From Candidatus Latescibacterota bacterium (GTDB taxonomy: Bacteria; Latescibacterota; UBA2968; UBA8231), in NCBI GenBank assembly GCA_965215195.1, contig CBDCDC010000002.1:96001-160000 (forward strand): DNA of 64,000 nt, written 5' to 3'. Within the stretch, counting starts at the first letter, position 1. Each line of letters starts with the position of its first letter. The notes beneath the pieces were generated by a model. That model was not told the DNA's origin. It saw only the letters and a list, made by a program, of their open reading frames with translations, and did no database searches. This document shows positions 59,383-64,000 of this stretch, piece after piece. A program made the position numbers and the translations under genes.

Positions 59383-60879
59383 ATGGCTGGACAGGGTGGA
59401 CGAGGTCGGCTGACGCGCAAGATCGGCGTCGTGGCCGCTGGGCGCACGGCCAATACCGCCAGCATCATAGCTGTCTATGCGCTGATTGCCCGCACTTGGC
59501 CCCCGGAAGAATGCGGGCTTTTTATGGCGGTCTGGGTGGTGGGCAACGCCCTGATCCCGGTGTTTTTGCTCGGGCTGCCCACGAGTTTGCTCTACTTCTT
59601 TCCCCGGCAGCGCGAGCCGCGCTTGCTCGTCGGCCAAGTGCTGAGGTGCTTGGCGGCGTCGGGCTTGGCATTGGCCGGAATCCTGTGGTTGTGGGGGCCG
59701 CAGTTGGCCGCGGTGCTGGTGCAAGAGGCCAGCGATAGCGAGCAGGTTGCCGCGTACCTGCTGCCGTTCTTGCCCTATCTCTTTGCGGTGATCGCCGCCG
59801 GTGGCGCCGAAGCGGCCTTGGTGGCCGCCGACCGCGAGCACTATTTGGCGTGGCTGCAACTGGCTATGGGCGGCGCATTAGTCGCTGGTGCAGGGGGTGC
59901 TCTATGGCTGGGCTGGATGCCCGCGCAGGTACTGGCGCTGTTTTCCGGGTTGGGCGTGTTGCGCTTGCTCGCCATCTGCGGACTGGTGCGCTTGGCATTG
60001 GGCGGCGGGCACTGGTGGGGGTGGGAAGGGTTAGGTGAGTTGATGCGCTATACGCGCTCGGTTGGTTTTAGCGACGCAGTAGGCAGCCTCTCGCGCTATG
60101 TCGATCGCTTTGTGGTAATGCACTTCTTCGCGGCCGGCGCGTTTGCCGAATACCACTTCGGGGCCATTGAGGTGCCGATCAGCCTGCTGCTGTCGGCGGT
60201 GACATCCGTGTTGATCCCGGAGGTCAGTCGGCTCTTTCAGGCGGGACAGCTCGGCCAGATACTGGCGCTGTGGCAGCGCGCGGTCTCGCGCTTGGCCCTG
60301 TTGGTGTTGCCGCTGGCGGCCTTCCTGCTCGCTTTTGCCGGGCCGCTAATCGGCTGGCTCTTCCCGGAATACGACCGCTCGGCTTGGGTTTTCCGCATCT
60401 ATCTATTGGTGCTGCCGCTGCGCTGCGCCGCGTACAATCCGCTGCTGGTGGGCATGGGCAAGGCCCGCTGGGCCCTGTGGGGTAGCGCGGGGGATATGTG
60501 CTGCAATATCGGCTTGAGCTTGGCGCTCGTTGGGTACTTGCAGGGGGTGCGCCCGGAGTGGGCCTTCCTCGGCCCGGCCGTGGCTACCACCTTGGTGACG
60601 TACTTACAGGTGGCCTTCTTGTTGGCGGCTATTGGCTGGCACTTGCGCTGTGATTGGTATCGGCTCCTGCCGTGGGGCCGCTTGCTGAGGATCGGCGCGA
60701 GTGCCGCAGCGGCCGCAGCGATCAGCCGCTGGATTAGCGCGGGCTTGGGCGGCGACTTTTTGCAGGTACTCGTAGGGGGGGGGTGCTTTGCGGTGCTGAT
60801 AGCCGTCTTGACTTGGGCCTACCCGCAAGACCGCGCAGAACTAGTGCACACTTGGCGGGCGTTGACTGGTGTGCGTTAG
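59383..60879 (+). CDS. Wzx/MurJ-like oligosaccharide flippase
   Basis: About 12-14 TM segments, VDRFVV, GPAVAT. Confidence 0.8.
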   Translation: MAGQGGRGRLTRKIGVVAAGRTANTASIIAVYALIARTWPPEECGLFMAVWVVGNALIPVFLLGLPTSLLYFFPRQREPRLLVGQVLRCLAASGLALAGILWLWGPQLAAVLVQEASDSEQVAAYLLPFLPYLFAVIAAGGAEAALVAADREHYLAWLQLAMGGALVAGAGGALWLGWMPAQVLALFSGLGVLRLLAICGLVRLALGGGHWWGWEGLGELMRYTRSVGFSDAVGSLSRYVDRFVVMHFFAAGAFAEYHFGAIEVPISLLLSAVTSVLIPEVSRLFQAGQLGQILALWQRAVSRLALLVLPLAAFLLAFAGPLIGWLFPEYDRSAWVFRIYLLVLPLRCAAYNPLLVGMGKARWALWGSAGDMCCNIGLSLALVGYLQGVRPEWAFLGPAVATTLVTYLQVAFLLAAIGWHLRCDWYRLLPWGRLLRIGASAAAAAAISRWISAGLGGDFLQVLVGGGCFAVLIAVLTWAYPQDRAELVHTWRALTGVR

Positions 60880-61164
60880 GCGCTGAGCAGGGCGCTGGCG
60901 ATTTCCTCCCATTCTGCGGGCAGCGACGCCTCGCTATGGGGCTTGCTCGCCCGCCGGTACCAATAGCCGGCGTTGTTTTCGTCGCCCTCGACCCGGTGTA
61001 AATTAAGCGTGAACCCAAGCTCCGGTGGGGTCGGGTGCTTGTTGGGCGAGTTCGTGGGCTTTGTCCCATTGGCCCTTGGCCTCGTACCAGAGTGCTTGCA
61101 GGGCGTGGGAGGTCGCCGGTGGGGTTTGTTCTTGGAGGCTCAGTTTGAAGGTTTTGAGGTCCAT
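60876..61164 (-). pseudogene. Conserved hypothetical protein with a 1-nt insertion frameshift
   Basis: WDKAHELAQ...AWVHA, then TAAT in place of TAT, and LHRVEGDENNAGYWYRRA in the next frame. Confidence 0.7.
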
Positions 61165-61311
61165 AGCGGAAGGCTCCGGTTGTCGTGGAGCCTTTAATAT
61201 AAGGTATAGCGGCGCGGCCATCCACCGGGGTGCCCGCCTTGCCAAAAAAGCGCGGAACCCGCTATATTTAGGGCCTTTAACTTAATACTAAACAAGGAAT
61301 TGGGCAAAGAT

Positions 61312-62604
61312 ATGCCAGTAGGAGTGGGCTTGATCGGTTTGGGCACGGTCGGCAGCGGCGTGGTCGAGTTGTTGCAGGATGCGCCCGCGTCGCTGCGGCG
61401 GCGCAAGCACGTGGATTTCGCATTGCAGCGCGTGGCCGTGCGGACCTTGGACAAACCGCGGAGCCCCGCCCTAGCCCCGGCGCTGTTGACCACAGACGCC
61501 GGCGCGGTCGTAGCCGACCCGGATGTGCAACTGGTGGTGGAACTGACCGGCGCACCCCCGGCCTTTGAGTGGGTCCGCGAGGCCCTGCGGCAGGGCAAGG
61601 ACGTGGTGACGGCCAACAAGGCCCTGCTCGCCGAGCGCGGCGAGGAGCTTTTTGAACTGGCGCTGGCCAATGGGGCGGATTTGATGTTTGAAGCCAGCGT
61701 CGCGGCCGGCATTCCCATCATCCGCTCGTTGCGCACTGGCTTGGTGGCCAATCGGGTTGAGTCCCTGTACGGCATTCTCAACGGCACCACCAACTACATG
61801 CTCACGCGCATGAGCCGCGGCGCGGGCGACTACGCGGCCGTCCTCAAAGAAGCCCAAGACCAAGGCTACGCCGAGCCCGACCCGACCATGGACGTGAGCG
61901 GCATGGACGCCGCGCAGAAGTTGGCGATCCTCTGCCGCATTGGCTTTCACTGCACGGGCACGGGCCGCGACGTATTTTGCGAGGGCATTGAGCAGATCGA
62001 GAGCCGGGACATTGAATACGCCCGCGAGCTGGGGTATGCGATCAAGCTGCTGGCCATTGCCAAGCAGCAGGACGGGCGCGTTGAGGCCCGGGTGCATCCG
62101 GCCATGGTGCCACAGGACGCGCTGTTGGCCAACATCCACGACGAATTCAACGCCATTCAGGTGCAGGGGTCTGCGGTGGGGCCGCAAGTGTTTTCCGGCC
62201 GCGGCGCTGGGCGGCTGCCCACGGCCAGCGCGGTAGTGGCGGATATGGTCGAGTTGGTTGAGCGCAAGGCGGCCGGGGCCAGCACGTCCATCGGCGACAT
62301 GATCTTGGGCGAGGACGCGGCCGCGGTCGTGTCCATTGAGGACGTGCAGATGCGCTACTTCATGCGCGTCTTGGTCCGCGATCAGCCCGGGGTGCTCGCC
62401 GGGATCGCGCGCATCTTGGCCGAAGAGCGCATCAGCATTGCCTCGGTCATCCAAAAGGAGCGCGACTTCGAGGGCGGCTCGGTGCCGTTGGTCATTGTCA
62501 CCCACGAGGCGCGCGAAGCCGCGATGCAGCGGGCGCAGCAGGCCGTGGCTGCACTCGATGCCGTGCAGGGGGCGGTCAAGCTCATCCGCATGGAGGATCT
62601 GTAG
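61312..62604 (+). CDS. hom: Homoserine dehydrogenase with ACT domain
   Basis: GLGTVGSG, VTANK, EASVAAGIP, NGTTN, GYAEPDP. Confidence 0.96.
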   Translation: MPVGVGLIGLGTVGSGVVELLQDAPASLRRRKHVDFALQRVAVRTLDKPRSPALAPALLTTDAGAVVADPDVQLVVELTGAPPAFEWVREALRQGKDVVTANKALLAERGEELFELALANGADLMFEASVAAGIPIIRSLRTGLVANRVESLYGILNGTTNYMLTRMSRGAGDYAAVLKEAQDQGYAEPDPTMDVSGMDAAQKLAILCRIGFHCTGTGRDVFCEGIEQIESRDIEYARELGYAIKLLAIAKQQDGRVEARVHPAMVPQDALLANIHDEFNAIQVQGSAVGPQVFSGRGAGRLPTASAVVADMVELVERKAAGASTSIGDMILGEDAAAVVSIEDVQMRYFMRVLVRDQPGVLAGIARILAEERISIASVIQKERDFEGGSVPLVIVTHEAREAAMQRAQQAVAALDAVQGAVKLIRMEDL

Positions 62605-62605
62605 C

Positions 62606-63796
62606 GTGCGCTACGTCGTATTGGTGCCCGATGGGGCGGCCGACTATCCGCTCGCCGAGCTGGGTGGGCAGACGCCGTTGGAGGCGGCCGCTACCCCCTG
62701 TATGGATCGCTTGGCCCGCGAGGGGGCCGGGGGATTGGTGCAGATGATCCCGGCGCAGCGGCATCCGGGCAGCGACATTGGCAACCTCGAAATTTTCGGG
62801 TACGACAGCCGGGTTCACTACACGGGTCGCGCGCCATTGGAAGCCGCGAGCATGGGCGTCGATCTGGGCGACGACGGGGTGGCCTTCCGCCTGAACCTGA
62901 TCTACGGAGAAGGCGACGTGCTGGTTGATTACAGCGCCGGCCACATCCCTAGCGCAGAAGCGGCCGAGGTGGTGGGGGCCTTGGCGGCCGAGCTGGGGGG
63001 GCCGTCGTTGCGCTTCTATCCCGGGGTGGGCTATCGCCACTTGCTGGTGTGGGACTGCGGCCCGGAAGAAGTGGCGACCTATCCGCCGCACGACATCATG
63101 GGCGCGTCCATGGCCGCGCATGGGCCTACGGGCGTAGGAGCCGAGAAAATTCGCGCCCTCATGGCCGCGGCCGGCCCCATTCTCGCGGCCTCGCCGGTCA
63201 ATGCCGCTCGCTCCGCGCGCGGGGAGCGGCCGGCCAACGCAATATGGCTGTGGGGAGCTGGGCGCGCGCTGCGCTTGACGCCCTTGGCGGTGCGCTACGG
63301 GTTGCAGGGCGGCGTTATCTCGGCCGTTGACTTGGTGCGCGGGATCGGCAAGAGCGCGGGCTTGGAGGTCATTGACGTGCCCGGTATTACCGGGTATCTC
63401 GACACCAACTACGAGGGCAAGGCCGCATACGCGCTGGCAACCTTGCAACGCGCCGATTTTGTCTATGTCCACGTTGAGGCCCCGGACGAAGCCGGGCACA
63501 ACGGCGACCCGCAGGCCAAGGTGCAGGCCATCGAGGACTTCGACGCCCGCGTCGTCGGCCCGATCTTGGCCGGGCTAGCGTCGATGGGGCCGCATCGGGT
63601 GCTGCTCACCCCAGACCACCGCACGCCCATTGCGCGGCGCACCCACAGCCGCGAGCCAGTGCCCTTTGCGCTGTGGGGGACGGGGATTGCGGCCGATGCG
63701 ATGCAAACCTATGGAGAGCGGGCAGCCGAGTGGGGTAGTATGCAGGTAGAGCACGGACATGTATTGATGGATTATCTCACGGGGAGATGCAGGTGA
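62606..63796 (+). CDS. apgM: Cofactor-independent phosphoglycerate mutase (ApgM family)
   Basis: DGAAD...TPLE, PGSD, YTGRAPLEA, HVEAPDEAGH, PDHRTP. Confidence 0.9.
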   Translation: MRYVVLVPDGAADYPLAELGGQTPLEAAATPCMDRLAREGAGGLVQMIPAQRHPGSDIGNLEIFGYDSRVHYTGRAPLEAASMGVDLGDDGVAFRLNLIYGEGDVLVDYSAGHIPSAEAAEVVGALAAELGGPSLRFYPGVGYRHLLVWDCGPEEVATYPPHDIMGASMAAHGPTGVGAEKIRALMAAAGPILAASPVNAARSARGERPANAIWLWGAGRALRLTPLAVRYGLQGGVISAVDLVRGIGKSAGLEVIDVPGITGYLDTNYEGKAAYALATLQRADFVYVHVEAPDEAGHNGDPQAKVQAIEDFDARVVGPILAGLASMGPHRVLLTPDHRTPIARRTHSREPVPFALWGTGIAADAMQTYGERAAEWGSMQVEHGHVLMDYLTGRCR

Positions 63797-64000
63797 CCGA
63801 CACGTACAACGTAGCTATTATGGGCGCGACTGGTGCCGTAGGGCAGGTGCTGTTGGAAATACTCGCCGAGCGCGACTTTCCCGTCGGCGAGTTGCGGCTG
63901 TTGGCCTCGGCCCGCTCGGCTGGGCGCGCCATTTCCTTTGGCGGCGACGCGCTTCGGGTGCAGGAGCTGGGGGAGGATTCGTTTGCCGGCGTGGATATCG
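63793..64000 (+). CDS. asd: Aspartate-semialdehyde dehydrogenase (partial, runs off the edge)
   Basis: VAIMGATGAVG...ERDFPV..LRLLASARSAG. Confidence 0.93.
   Translation, partial: MTDTYNVAIMGATGAVGQVLLEILAERDFPVGELRLLASARSAGRAISFGGDALRVQELGEDSFAGVDI

Overview
GC-rich bacterial chromosomal window (64 kb). The gene content (sulfatase, PhyH, Gfo/Idh/MocA, CBM9-like, enolase-superfamily) resembles Latescibacterota/Poribacteria-type MAGs, but this is low confidence. A housekeeping backbone (rnhA, lpdA, PBP1A, CCA enzyme, class I fumarase, selenocysteine formate dehydrogenase, hom-apgM-asd) is interrupted by accessory inserts. The main insert is an 11.7 kb defence-like island (24782-36428): a Septu/PtuAB-like ATPase+HNH pair, then a tightly coupled six-gene operon. 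That operon has a Upf1-like SF1 helicase, two unknown proteins (one with a degenerate PLD-like domain plus a long coiled coil) and a TerY-P triad (vWA, PP2C, Ser/Thr kinase), and it is the best candidate for an undescribed system. Also present are a low-GC Sm-like + STAND-type ATPase-Swt1/HEPN pair, a RecQ-UvrD fusion helicase, an XPB/DUF790 pair and many gene remnants. At the left end is a small sigma-54 regulon with two consensus -24/-12 promoters and 21-bp-phased enhancer boxes next to an NtrC-type two-component system. I saw no CRISPR array, tRNA, rRNA, integrase, transposase or reverse transcriptase. All calls come from reading motifs by eye; no database searches were run.
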